This document shows, piece after piece, positions 18,501 to 28,508 of a stretch of DNA of 64,000 nucleotides (positions are counted from its first letter, which is position 1; each line of letters begins with the position of its first letter). Made by a program: the position numbers and the translations under genes. The stretch comes from Myxococcota bacterium (lineage in GTDB: Bacteria; Myxococcota_A; SURF-8). The stretch is taken from NCBI GenBank assembly GCA_963674735.2, contig CAXXQS010000002.1:544001-608000 (forward strand). Direction: 5' to 3'. Under the pieces are notes generated by a model, which was not told the origin of the DNA, did no database searches, and saw only the letters and a program-made list of their open reading frames with translations.

Positions 18501-19327
18501 ATGTGGATCGGCATCACCACCGTGTCACCCACCGGAACCAAGCCGAAGGAGCAGGCACCGGCATATTCTTCGCCGGGCGGAACATAATCGGTATCGGGGG
18601 ATTCGCACTCGACTTCAAGGAAGGTTTCACCCTTCTCGCGGGTAAGCAGCGGCACTTCGACCGTCCCGGCATTCGAACCCAAAAGCAGAATGCCTTCATC
18701 GATCCCCGGATCATCCGGTTCGTAAGTCACTTTGAAGGTATGCTCGGTTCCCGGTCCCAGTTCGATCTTGTTGGTGCCGGAAGGAATGTTGCCCACCAGA
18801 TCAAACTCGTCGATGCGGCTGGAAGCCCCGCCTTCCAAATCCTTGGGCACGATGCGAGCGTCATTGACTTGCAAAATACCCGCCCCGGCGTTGTAAATCG
18901 ACAAAGTTTCACTGTTGCGCTGTCCGATGCGCACCGCGCCGAAGTCGATGGAGGATGGATCGGTGGAGATGAAAGGGTCGTCTCCGGTGGATTCAGAGAT
19001 ATCAAAGTCGCCGTCGGGTTCGTCGCTATCGCCGTCCGGGTTGGGTGGACACTGGCAGTGATCCACCTGACAATAACAGCCCGTGGCATAATCGCAATCG
19101 CTGTTGCTGGTGCAAAGCGGAGCATAGCAAACGCCGCCAAAACAGGTTTCGCCGATATTGCAGCCCTCGTCGTCGGTGCAGGCCTGCTCGGTGTCGAAGT
19201 AGTTATCCGGATCGAAATCCCCATCGGTGGGATCGCTGCTTGTAGAAGAATCTCCCGAACAAGCCGACAGCATCAGAATAATCAGGGCCAGCCAAATACC
19301 GGATGCGCTCGATATGTTGCGTCGCAT
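15560..19327 (-). CDS. Large lipoprotein: Cys-rich N-terminus, ~6 ASH/choice-of-anchor-D Ig-like repeats, PKD-like domains, C-terminal YfaP-like domain
   Basis: LSAC lipobox, repeats of type P..IDFG.V......L.I.N.G...L.(V/I), NTPPIAIA...LDGTASYDLD PKD-like segment, and IRVEMVW...NVDMHWLRPG...PEVVSHDDPGNGSY. Confidence 0.82.
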   Translation of the reverse strand: MRRNISSASGIWLALIILMLSACSGDSSTSSDPTDGDFDPDNYFDTEQACTDDEGCNIGETCFGGVCYAPLCTSNSDCDYATGCYCQVDHCQCPPNPDGDSDEPDGDFDISESTGDDPFISTDPSSIDFGAVRIGQRNSETLSIYNAGAGILQVNDARIVPKDLEGGASSRIDEFDLVGNIPSGTNKIELGPGTEHTFKVTYEPDDPGIDEGILLLGSNAGTVEVPLLTREKGETFLEVECESPDTDYVPPGEEYAGACSFGLVPVGDTVVMPIHIRNKLNPESNKVLIISDIELENPLSENFAIDRQSIDINGDNNEIWLAPGQTETFNLIYHPRSAEFHSLNLLIDHNDTRRDGHPEDPYPLMLVGAGVVPDLAVNPDPIHIGSVAKDQCLSRPVTLCNNGGADLVIDFATLRDDRNGVFSFDLPLGEEADYFPLTVAPFECNEVDALAVTCCPKGREAYSTYLDVTSNDRAQHPNYRYVPIDCTGTVPFCGINPLNLNFECIRVGSSKILPVVVSNSGDASVVVQDVQFDPPVSNFSLDGAFFFPITIDPYSQLNLDVAFEATSEGNFQGQMNIIFSTGSCESQTVQLTACAIEPHINGPTGCLEFNDVQVPPAGLSEAELEDWRETKQVVLSNDGTAPLTIASISIPNIFSDEFEMNPPPLPYVIPPLGSLAFDVSFLPDDPYPENGVLVVCSDASNASGSQFNCNDPTMDAHEICLTATPTDPRLDVTPLGCQVVFRNVLVGGDPVTQEVVIRNIGIGPATIEDIRLGSGSPDISIPDGGISPAIDTWPAGGYVLPGDGTTHISVIVKFEPTIGTPYHTRSLEIVHTDKDAHCLNEDPGAQYPIYSVDIFGSSSNNTPPIAIAKSPVGTPAGPYGTRELHVRVGEEINLDGTASYDLDDDPETPETEDSVVEYLWEVDDPSKVTFTGATNGYLTAARFDHYGVYTISLRVKDERDTWSDETLLDSKLRVYVEKTPTARLYECDTLATSLYVETGTEICFDGSLSEDEDGSAVADYRWFIQEAYGQRFNFAVGTSQATYTFRDAGVFTVILEVENADGVTDEAEMLVETYHDQGIRVEMVWTGLGNVDMHWLRPGGYFKDVSDCWSGNPSPNWGPYGQGHPLFEQSSPDGNSPEVVSHDDPGNGSYTVKAEFVTPTENCRNETKLKHYSSNCDMCDCDCKPFCLILRICCNSCDVPTTEWVCDPIPANLTLRMYAGSDINPTCVSAGNQVTTQGQIFSLNIVRDDGEWICP

Positions 19328-19376
19328 ACGCCTACCTCTCTACGCGAGCGTGAAACGCCCGCAAACGAAAAACCGA

Positions 19377-22300
19377 CTACAGAACGTCCAAGGCCATGCC
19401 GTTTTCGCCCTTGTTGCCATCGGGTCGTCCGGGGCTGCCGCCCGGACCGGGAGTTCCGGCTTCGAAAGTCGTACCCAGATTCAGCACCGGATCGGAGGTT
19501 CCGGCCCGGTAAAGACCGATGGAGTTACCCCCGGCCCCGCCGCCGCCCGAACCGCCTGCGCCGCCCGGACCGCCTGCGCCGCCGCCGCCGCCGCCCATGC
19601 CCTGGTCGTACACGTCACCACCCGGACCGCCGCCGCCACTGCGACCGCCTTCACCGCCGAGCCGTCCATTGCCGCCCGTGCCACCGTCACCGGCCAGCAC
19701 GGTGCAATCGAGAATCTCGGGGGAGGAATTATGGAGGAAGATGCCGAAGGAGCTGCCGCCGCCCTCGCCACCTGAACCACCTCCCTCGCCGCTGCAGCCA
19801 CCCGCGCCGCCACCGGCCGGCCGGGTGCCGCCCCAGTCTTCGCAGGTCAGCCAGGCGCTGTTGGAGCCGCCGCCCGCCGGCCACCGCCGCCGCCGCCGCC
19901 CGGACCACCGTATGTTCCGGCCTGTCCCGGGTTGGGGAACCAGTTGCCGTTGATCAGGTAGCCTTTCGTTGGTGCCGCCCTGGCCGTGCGAACCGTCATA
20001 GCCCGGATCGCCGTTGCCGCCCGAGCTGCCCATGCCGCCGCTGTAACCCGCGCCCGGCAGTAGGCCCCGGCGCTTCCCTGTTGGCCGGCATACCCGGCGC
20101 AGGAACTGCCGCCCGTTTTGCAGGATAAGCCACCATCGCCGCCATCGGCGTAACAATAATCGTTTTCACCGCCCAGACCCACGCCCGGACGTCCGTTCTG
20201 CGCGCAATACCAGCTGCTGTCGTCTTCGCGACCGGCTTTGCCGGGACGTCCATCGGGTCCGTCGGCGCCGTCTTGTCCATAGGTAAAGCCCGACACGCCG
20301 TCGCGACCATCACCGGCCTCGACCGTCACATGATCGAGAACCAGGAAGTCCGCAGTGCGCGAATAGATGCCGTAGGAGTTGACGTCCTCATCGTCACCGG
20401 AATGCGACATCACGGTCACCAACTGCACCACCGTACGTTCGCCGATCTGGCTGGCGAGCATGCCGATGCGATCGCCGTTCAAGATGACCTCGTAATTCAG
20501 GCCGCGCTTCCAACCCAGCGGCGACGTGGCGGGATCGGTCATGTAGCTGGCGTAACCGCCGTAGATCCCGATGCCGCTATCGAGCTGCACCCGCTCGTTG
20601 TAGGTGCCGAGGGAGACATACACATGTGTCTTGCCGTTGAACAAGGCGTTCGACTTACCCAGGTAAACCGAATCCACCGGATCGTCGATCCTGCCCGTGC
20701 CGTTGGGCGATCCGTCCAGGGAGACGAACACACCGTCGGCGATGGTGCCATCGATGCCGTCGCAGTTGGCGTCCACGAAGTCCATATCCGGCTCGTCGTA
20801 CACCCCCTGCTGCAATTCGCAGTAGTAGCTGCAGCTGCCGGTGCCGAGATCCCAGTAATTTTCAGGGCAATTGGTACCCACGCCAACCACTTCCACGAAG
20901 CTGTCGAGCTGATAGCCCGCCGCGCTCTCGGCGTCGATGTTGATGATGGCGTTATGCCGCCCATGACTCGGCGGGGCATAGTGCACCTCGAAGCGCAGGC
21001 GCTGCTCGCCGGTGAGTGGATAGCAGTTCCCCTCCGTAGGCTCGTAGGGATCGAACGCCGTCATCGAGAAGGTGCCATCGGGGAAGGGAACCGGCGTGTC
21101 GCCGGGCTGCATCCCCATGGTGATATCCAATCCGCAGATCATCGCGGTGCCGGGTCCGCAGTTCCAGAGTTCGACGATCTGGGGCGGTACGACCGGGGTG
21201 GAACCCTCGGCGAATTGCACCCGCCCGAAATCGATGGGCGAGGTGGGATAGGTGCAGAGTTTGGGACCGACGCCGTTTCCGGCCAGCGGCACCTCAAACA
21301 AGTTGTTACCGGGGGCATCCGATTTGATTTCCACGTAAGCCTGATACTGCCCGATGGCGTTGGGATAGAAGCTGGCCTTGATCTGCACGCAGTCCGAGCC
21401 GTCGTCCACCTGTTCGGATGGCTGCAGCACCAGCGGAAAGTCGTTTTGCATGAGGTCGAGGCCGAACGAGCTGGTGATATCGCCGGTAATCTGCGGCCAG
21501 TTTCCGCCTTCCACACGCAGCTCGTAACCGCCGCAATTGCACACTTCCAGAATCTGGTGGGCCGATTCACCCAAGGCCACATCGCCAAAAATGACCGGGA
21601 AGGGCGTGACGCATACACGCGGCATGACGCCATTGCCGTTGAGCGGAATGCGGAACTGCTCGTGGTGCGGATCGTTGGTTTCGAGAATCAGGGCGTTTTC
21701 GTGTTCGTCTTCGTCGATGGGATGGAACGCCACCTCGATCTCGGCTTCCTGACCGGGTGCCAGAAGCATGCGCCGATCATCGTTGAGCGAGTCGTAATTG
21801 ATGGCGAAATTCAAATCCTCGGCCGCTTCCAAGCGCAGGTTCAACACCTGCAGGGTGCGGTTGTCTTCCGCACTGACACGCCGATTTCCCACCGCCACGT
21901 GCAAGGGTTTCGTTTCACCCACGCGCACATCGCCGAAGTCCAGTGCGTCGGGCGGTTCGGGCAGCGCGTAGGCATGCACCTCGCCCTTTTCCTGACTCAC
22001 CAAATCGATATAGAAACGGCAGAGCGATTCACCGGAGACAATCAGCTCCAGCGAGCCCACATCCGCGCCCGGACCGGCGGGCGTGTAGGTCACCGGCAGC
22101 GTGTAGGAATCTCCCACCGGGATACAGTACGATTCGCCTTCGTCGATCTGGTATTCGTCCTCGATGTAAAATTCTTCGGTGGTGCCACTGTCGATCTGGT
22201 AGAGGATGCAAGCCTGCTTGGTGGGTCCGAGATTGTTGAATTCGATCTCGCACTTTTTGGTATCACCGAAGGGCACCGCCCCGAAATCGCAAATGGCGTT

Positions 22301-22818
22301 ATAAGCGAGCTGCGGATCCTGCATGCAGTCCTGCACGCCGCCTTCCTGCTCCTGATCGCCGTCGGGCACGTCGCCGTCGGGGTCGTCGCCGTCGCCGGGT
22401 TTGTCGCCGTCGGTCTCGCTGATGGGGACGCAGGTGTTGGTGGTGAAATCACATTCGTAGATGTCGGGGTAGCTGCAGTCGTCGTGACTGAAGCAATACT
22501 TGTCGGGAATCTCGGAGCCTTCGCACATAGCCTGCGGCAAGCAGTAGCTCTCGGTGATTCCCAGATCCGGCGGGGCGATGTTCAAGCAACATCCGGCATC
22601 GCTTCCGCAATCGGAGATGCTGTTGCAAGGCTCCGCACAGATCGGCGCGCCGGCGGTGCCGAGACAGGCCTCGCCCGCCGCGCAACTATCGCAGATGTCG
22701 CCTGGATCGCTCCCGTCCGCATCGCCGTCCGAAACGGCCGATGACACCCGCCGCAAGCCGTGAGGAGTAGAACCAGATACAACAAAACCCAGTGGAAAGA
22801 ATGCTTGAAACATCGCAT
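19377..22818 (-). CDS. Large lipoprotein with Ig-like repeats, a DxNCDG motif, a DUF1565-like/beta-helix segment and a Gly-rich (PGRS-like) C-terminus; interrupted by several single-base indels as given
   Basis: Signal/lipobox MRCFK...LLLTACGG starts at 22818 (GAGGTG RBS) in a different frame from ORF 19847-22828. The Gly-rich tail alternates between frames and ends at 19377. Contains DEPDMDFVDANCDGIDG and GVFVS...VYVSLGTYNE. Confidence 0.72.
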
Positions 22819-23060
22819 GGATTGACACCTCGTTTTACCGACCTCTACCAGAAGGGCGTCCAGGGTGGACAGTCGACTCGTTATTACGGTCTCCGTGGCA
22901 TGGGAACCGTTGTTTAGTATAGAGGAATAAAGACCTTTCCGTCAACGCTTTTTTGCAGGTCCGAAACGATCTAAATGAATGGTAATTCATTGAATTTACT
23001 TCTTTTCTCTTAGCCTTCCCATTCTCTAACAGGCCAGAAACCGTTCACTATTGTCCATGG

Positions 23061-25535
23061 CTATCGGGGATCAGGTTGTTTCCGCTTTGTAAAACCACTC
23101 CCGCCCCCCGCCATCCAGCGAATATCGGCCACCTTCCACAGCAGGTGCTCCTCGGTGAAGGCCACCGCACCGGTGAAGCGCAGTTCGCCCAGTAGGTAGA
23201 TACGCAGCGTGGCGGTGGTTGCACCGTTGCCGCGATCGTTCCAGTAGTGGACATACACCCCGTAATCGCCGTCGCCGGGGTCGTTGAGGTTGATGTTTTC
23301 GGGTCCGTAGCCGTTTTGGTCGTCGATATCGAGGGAAGGCCAGCCGTTCGCGCTCCAATCAACCGGGTTGCCCGACGGCTCGAACTCTTTTTTACAAGTG
23401 CTGAAGAAACAATCGCCGTAACTAACCGGGTATGCCCCGCCGTGGTCGTAGCCGTCCCATAACGCGCCGCCCGGTTTCACCAGATGGATGTCCATATCGG
23501 TGTTGTCGGTGTCCCAGACGAGCTGAATGTGGATTTTTTCGGTCGGGACGGCGTTGAAAGTGATCTCATCGGCCTCGCAGGACTGCATCCCTTCGTTGTC
23601 CTGTACGGTAAGGGACAACACGTATTCACCCGCGATATCAAAGAAGAAATTGGGCTCGGCGATGTTCATGGGCACCGGAAACGCACGGCTGCCGTAAGGC
23701 TTCGATTCGACCCGCCACAGATAGCCGGTAACCGTCCCGTCGGGATCGTAGGAACCGGTACCGTCCAGTTGCAGGTTTTCGAGCGGTTCCACCTGCCGGT
23801 CTTCCCCCGCCACCGCCACCGGGCACTGGTTGTCGGAGATCCCGCCGCCGGACAACGGCACCACCACCTCGGATTCGTCGGCGTCGTTGCTGAAAATATG
23901 CAGGCTGCCGCTGTCGCTGCCCACATCGTCGGGCCGATAGCCGATTTTCACGACGGAAGCCTGCCCCGGCCCCAGTTGATCCACCGGGAAATTGGCCTTG
24001 TAAAAGACGGTGCCCTCGGTTTCGAGCACGAAGTCATGCAGGATCAACAGGCCGCCGGTGGCCGTATTGCTGACCGTCAAGGTCTTGATGACCGATTCTC
24101 CCGAAGCCAATGCGGCAAAGGTCAACTCGGGCGGCTGCACGTCGATATCGGGGGGCGTCGGATCGCTGACCAGCGGAATGATCACCCGCGGTTCGTCGGC
24201 GTCGTTGGTGGTGAGCACCAGGCTGCCCAGGTCGAACCCTTCGTTGTCGGGGGTGTAGCGCAACTCGATACTGAGGGACTCGCCCTCGGCCAGAGTCGCG
24301 CCGTCGTCGGGACGCGATTCGAACGTGAAATCGGCGGTGGTGGCGGACCCAAGCTCGATGGTTGTGAGTTCCAGCGGATAGCAGCCGCTGTTTTCGACGG
24401 TAACCGTCCGTGTATCGCTTTCACCGAAATGCACCCCGGCGAAATCCACGGATTCCGGCGACACCTCGATCTCCGGTTCACAGACCGTAGCGCTGATGTC
24501 CACCAGCACCACGCCCGCCTCGGGATCGTCGCTCTGGACGCGCAGCTGACCGCTCACGTCCCCTTCCTCGACCGCTGTCACCACCACCTCTACAGTCGCC
24601 GCGTTCCCGGCCCCGACCACCAGGGGATTGGTGGGGCTGGGTTCGTTGACCAGGCCCGCCAGGGATAGTTCCGGGTCACTCGCCTCGGTCACCGTCAGAC
24701 CCGACACGTGCAGTTCCGCGCCGCCATCGTTATGCAGCGCCACCGCGTGGCGGCTTTCGGTCAGACGCACCAGCCCCAACGCGATGGGATCGGGGTCGAC
24801 ACGCAGGCGCGGAGTTTGCTTGACTTCAGTGATGATGGGTACGCCGATATTGGGCTCGGAGGGATCGTTGGTGCCGATGACCAGCAGGTTGGTCTCGGCC
24901 TGACTGTCGGTCGGTGCATAGGTGACATCGAAAGCCAGCGATTGCTGGCGCAGAATTTCGAACGGTGTGTCCGGGTGATCCAGAATCAATTCGGAGCTGT
25001 CGTCCCACAAAAAGATCTCGGAGACTTCCAGCTTGGCGTCGCCGATGTTGTGGATCGTCACCGGCAGCGTCAGCGACCCGCCCACCGGCACGGCGCCGAA
25101 ATCCAGCTCCGCAGGTTCGACTTGCACCCAGGGGTTGACGGCGTCATGCTCGACATCGGTTTCGAAGACCAGATCGTAGTCGCTATCGCCGTCCAGATCG
25201 GGAAAATCGCGCTCCGGCTCCTCCGTGTTCACATCGCCGTCCGGGTCGGGCGTTTCACCGCCATCATCCAGATCGCCATCGCTATCGGTCGGACGATCCT
25301 GGCATAAGCCCTGATCGCGATCGCAAAACTGCCCGGTGGGACAATCGAAATCATTGCCGCACTCGGGAATGCAGACGCCCTCGGCATCGCAGGGCAAATT
25401 GCCCGGACAATCGCAAACCACCTGATCGCCATCTTCAGCCGGTTCGCCGCCCGATCCGCCGCAGGCCGCCAGCATCAAGGCCAGCGCAATCAGCGACAAC
25501 TTCCACATCCCCCGCTTGCCGACTCCGTCTTTCAT
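23061..25535 (-). CDS. Lipoprotein with 4 ASH/choice-of-anchor-D Ig-like repeats, PKD-like and YfaP-like domains
   Basis: Probable start MKDGVG at 25535 (GGAG RBS), LAAC lipobox, repeats ending SNDxDE/TNDP, CPVAVAG...LDGTGSYDPDG, and IHIQLVWDTDNTDMDIHL...LDIDDQNGYGPENI. The true end may be 23048 (see findings). Confidence 0.82.
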   Translation of the reverse strand: MKDGVGKRGMWKLSLIALALMLAACGGSGGEPAEDGDQVVCDCPGNLPCDAEGVCIPECGNDFDCPTGQFCDRDQGLCQDRPTDSDGDLDDGGETPDPDGDVNTEEPERDFPDLDGDSDYDLVFETDVEHDAVNPWVQVEPAELDFGAVPVGGSLTLPVTIHNIGDAKLEVSEIFLWDDSSELILDHPDTPFEILRQQSLAFDVTYAPTDSQAETNLLVIGTNDPSEPNIGVPIITEVKQTPRLRVDPDPIALGLVRLTESRHAVALHNDGGAELHVSGLTVTEASDPELSLAGLVNEPSPTNPLVVGAGNAATVEVVVTAVEEGDVSGQLRVQSDDPEAGVVLVDISATVCEPEIEVSPESVDFAGVHFGESDTRTVTVENSGCYPLELTTIELGSATTADFTFESRPDDGATLAEGESLSIELRYTPDNEGFDLGSLVLTTNDADEPRVIIPLVSDPTPPDIDVQPPELTFAALASGESVIKTLTVSNTATGGLLILHDFVLETEGTVFYKANFPVDQLGPGQASVVKIGYRPDDVGSDSGSLHIFSNDADESEVVVPLSGGGISDNQCPVAVAGEDRQVEPLENLQLDGTGSYDPDGTVTGYLWRVESKPYGSRAFPVPMNIAEPNFFFDIAGEYVLSLTVQDNEGMQSCEADEITFNAVPTEKIHIQLVWDTDNTDMDIHLVKPGGALWDGYDHGGAYPVSYGDCFFSTCKKEFEPSGNPVDWSANGWPSLDIDDQNGYGPENINLNDPGDGDYGVYVHYWNDRGNGATTATLRIYLLGELRFTGAVAFTEEHLLWKVADIRWMAGGGSGFTKRKQPDPR

Positions 25536-25830
25536 TGCCACTCCATTCGCCGTCACGCCGCATTTCGAACCTATTTCCAGCGCTATTACAACGACTTAGC
25601 ACATCAATAAGAATCCGACCCGCAACGGAACGCCGCAATGTAAACTTTCCCGTAAAATATGTTGCTCCCTCATCCGGTTCCTTGCGTCTTTTTCAGCCGC
25701 GTCGAATCCGGAGGTTCTCTCTCGACTCAATTGGGGACAAGTATACCACAGCTTGGCAGGTAGGAATAGTCAAGGCTTTGCGCATGCGTCGTTTTGGGTG
25801 AACGCGTGAGTATCGTTCACGTTTCCGTGA

Positions 25831-26154
25831 TCAGGTTTGTCCCGAGCGCTCGTCCGGCCCGACCTTCAGCCCTAGATAGACCAACCCGTCTTCGGGCGGT
25901 CCACCGGAATTCAGGATATTGAGGCAGGCTTCGCGGCTGAGCCGATGCAGAGTGAGATCCCCCACCGCCAAGGCTCCACTGGCCAACGCCTCCCACGTGG
26001 GATAATGCATCGGATTGAGCCGCAGCACCTTGCGCCGGGCGGTCAGTTCGTCACGCCAGCCGCGCCCCATGGCCGCCACGGCGTCCATATGCAACAACTC
26101 CGCCCGCGCCTGTTTGCTCTCGGGTACGTCGATTTTGGTCGGAATCGGTCTCAT
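25831..26154 (-). CDS. Small hypothetical protein (possibly one TPR-like hairpin)
   Basis: Probable start MRPIPTK at 26154 with GAGGGGAG RBS. The upstream part of the called 226 aa ORF looks non-coding. Confidence 0.5.
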   Translation of the reverse strand: MRPIPTKIDVPESKQARAELLHMDAVAAMGRGWRDELTARRKVLRLNPMHYPTWEALASGALAVGDLTLHRLSREACLNILNSGGPPEDGLVYLGLKVGPDERSGQT

Positions 26155-26522
26155 GACAATCTCCCCTCGGCTCCGCGAATCCGCAAACGCGTTCTCTGAT
26201 TCCCCTCGACGGCTGTCGAAAAACGATTTTTCTCTGCCCTTCGAGACGCTTCGCTCCTCAAGGACAGGGAAAATCCCCGCATTCCTGAGGAGAAAACCGT
26301 CGGTTTTCGTCTCGAAGTCTCGGGATTTTCGAAAATCGACAACCCCCACAACGGCCCTGCTGCGGTCCGCAACTATCTGATTCACATCAACCCTATATAA
26401 CAGTATAACCCTCACAATAACCGTATGCAAGCATGTTTTACAGGAAACCCGTTTTTTACAGCGGCGAAAACCCTTGCCCTGCAGCCCGCCTTTTTCTAAA
26501 GTGGAGGCCACAAGGAGGCGGC

Positions 26523-28385
26523 ATGCCGACCGTGGCGGACATCCTGCATATCGCGCCCCACAAACCGGGCGTTTACCTGATGAAAGATCGGCGCGGGTCG
26601 GTTTTTTACATCGGTAAAGCCAAAGACCTGCACAACCGCATGCACCAGTACATCCATCCCGGCAACGACACGCGGCCGTTCGTGCTGATCCTCGACCGCA
26701 TCCTGGCCGATGTGGAATTCATTCTCACCGCCTCGGAAAAGGAAGCGCTGCTTCTCGAAAACACCTTGATCAAGCGCCACCGGCCGCACTTCAACGTGCG
26801 CATCAAGGACGACAAGAACTACTTCTCTCTCAAGCTCGATATCCGCAAGGATTTCCCGCGTCTGGAGCTGGTGCGCCGCCGACCGAAAAACGACAAGGCC
26901 CTGTATTTCGGCCCCTATTCGTCGGCGAGCCTGGGCCGCCGTATGTGGCGGCTGATCAACAAGCATTTCATGTTGCGCGATTGCAGTGACGCCACTTTCA
27001 AGAACGCGCAGCGTCCCTGCCTGCGTCACCAGATGGGCCGCTGCCACGGCCCCTGTTCCCTGCCCGTCACGCGCGACCGCTATCATGAAGAAATCCGGCA
27101 CGTGCGCCTGCTTTTGGAAGGCCGCGCCGAGGAACTGATTCCCGAGCTGACGGCCATGATGCAGGCGGCGGCAAAGGAGATGGAATACGAACGCGCCGCC
27201 CGCATCCGCGACCAGATCGCGGCGGTTGAAAGCTCGCTCGAACAACAGTCGGTGGATTTGTCACGCAGCGTGGATTGGGACGTCATCGGCTGGAAACGCG
27301 AAGGAGAAACGGCCGCTTTCGCGCTTCTGAAGCTGCGCAACGGGCGGTTGGTCGGACGCCAGGCGCTTTCGGTCGAATGCCGCGCCCTACCCGACCCGCT
27401 GACGGTCGCGCAGTTCATTCAGCAGCACTACCAAACGGCAGCCCCGCCCGCGCGGCTGCTGGTTCCGATTTTGCCCGCCGATCCGGAACCCCTAACCCAA
27501 TGGCTCAGTGAACGGGCCGGACGGCGGGTGACCCTCGCGGTGCCCGAACGCGGCGATGGCCGCCGTCTGATGGGCATCGCCGTCGAAAACGCCGAACACG
27601 ATTTCAGCGAGCGCGCCAGCCGCGCCGCCGACCGTCGCCGCGCCCTTGAACGTCTGGAACGCTCCCTGCGGCTTTCCCAGCGTCCCGAACGCATCGAATG
27701 CGTGGATATCTCCACCTTCCAGGGCAGCCAATCGGTGGGCTCGCTGGTGTGTTTCCTCGACGGCGAACCGGCCCCCGGCGAGTATCGCCGTTACCGACTG
27801 AAAGAAGCCGAACACGGCAAACCCGACGATTTCGCCATGATGTTCGAGTTGCTGTCGCGGCGTTTCCGGCGCGGCCTCTATGAAGGCACCCTGCCCGACC
27901 TGCTGCTGGTGGACGGCGGCAAAGGCCAGCTCAACATCGCCCTCGGGGTGTTGAAGGAACTGGGAATCGAAGGCGTGGATGTGGCCGGATTGGCGAAAAG
28001 CCGTCTCAAAGATGAAGTGGGCGCAGGCGAGGTGGCCGAATCTTTCGAGGGCAAGCTGCGCACCCCGGAACGGATCTTCCGCCCGGGGCAGAAAAATCCG
28101 CTGCTGTTCAAACCGGGCACCGCCGAACTCAACCTGCTGCAACACCTGCGCGACGAGGCCCACCGCTTCGCCATCACCTACCATCGCAAGCTGCGCAGCC
28201 AACGCAACCTGCGTTCGGGGCTGCTGGACATTCCGGGCGTCGGTCCCACCCGCGCGAAAAAACTGCTGGCGCATTTCGGCTCCCTCAAGCGTCTGCGCGA
28301 CACGCCCCCCGAAGCCATCTGTACGCTCCCCGGCTTCACCCCCGAATTGGCCGACCGCATCCTGGAACATCTGAAACGCAGGTAG
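26523..28385 (+). CDS. uvrC: Excinuclease ABC subunit C
   Basis: AAGGAGG RBS, GIY-YIG PGVYLMKD...YIGKAK, YERAARIRD, RIECVDIS, PDLLLVDGGKGQ, LRDEAHRFAI and C-terminal HhH. Confidence 0.97.
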   Translation: MPTVADILHIAPHKPGVYLMKDRRGSVFYIGKAKDLHNRMHQYIHPGNDTRPFVLILDRILADVEFILTASEKEALLLENTLIKRHRPHFNVRIKDDKNYFSLKLDIRKDFPRLELVRRRPKNDKALYFGPYSSASLGRRMWRLINKHFMLRDCSDATFKNAQRPCLRHQMGRCHGPCSLPVTRDRYHEEIRHVRLLLEGRAEELIPELTAMMQAAAKEMEYERAARIRDQIAAVESSLEQQSVDLSRSVDWDVIGWKREGETAAFALLKLRNGRLVGRQALSVECRALPDPLTVAQFIQQHYQTAAPPARLLVPILPADPEPLTQWLSERAGRRVTLAVPERGDGRRLMGIAVENAEHDFSERASRAADRRRALERLERSLRLSQRPERIECVDISTFQGSQSVGSLVCFLDGEPAPGEYRRYRLKEAEHGKPDDFAMMFELLSRRFRRGLYEGTLPDLLLVDGGKGQLNIALGVLKELGIEGVDVAGLAKSRLKDEVGAGEVAESFEGKLRTPERIFRPGQKNPLLFKPGTAELNLLQHLRDEAHRFAITYHRKLRSQRNLRSGLLDIPGVGPTRAKKLLAHFGSLKRLRDTPPEAICTLPGFTPELADRILEHLKRR

Positions 28386-28508
28386 CGCCGGGGTGATTAT
28401 CCCCAGTTCCTCATCCGAGTTGACATTCTATCGAAATTCCAACAAAATAGCGTTTGAACATCTTCCACCAAACAAGCAGGATCGCCCGGTGGTCATGGGA
28501 GTCAGACC

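Noticed and set aside
17531-22744. Long plus-strand ORFs (865 aa and 823 aa) and similar ones at 5483, 10069, 12546, 36623 and 60871
   Set aside because: Antisense shadows of well-supported genes on the opposite strand.
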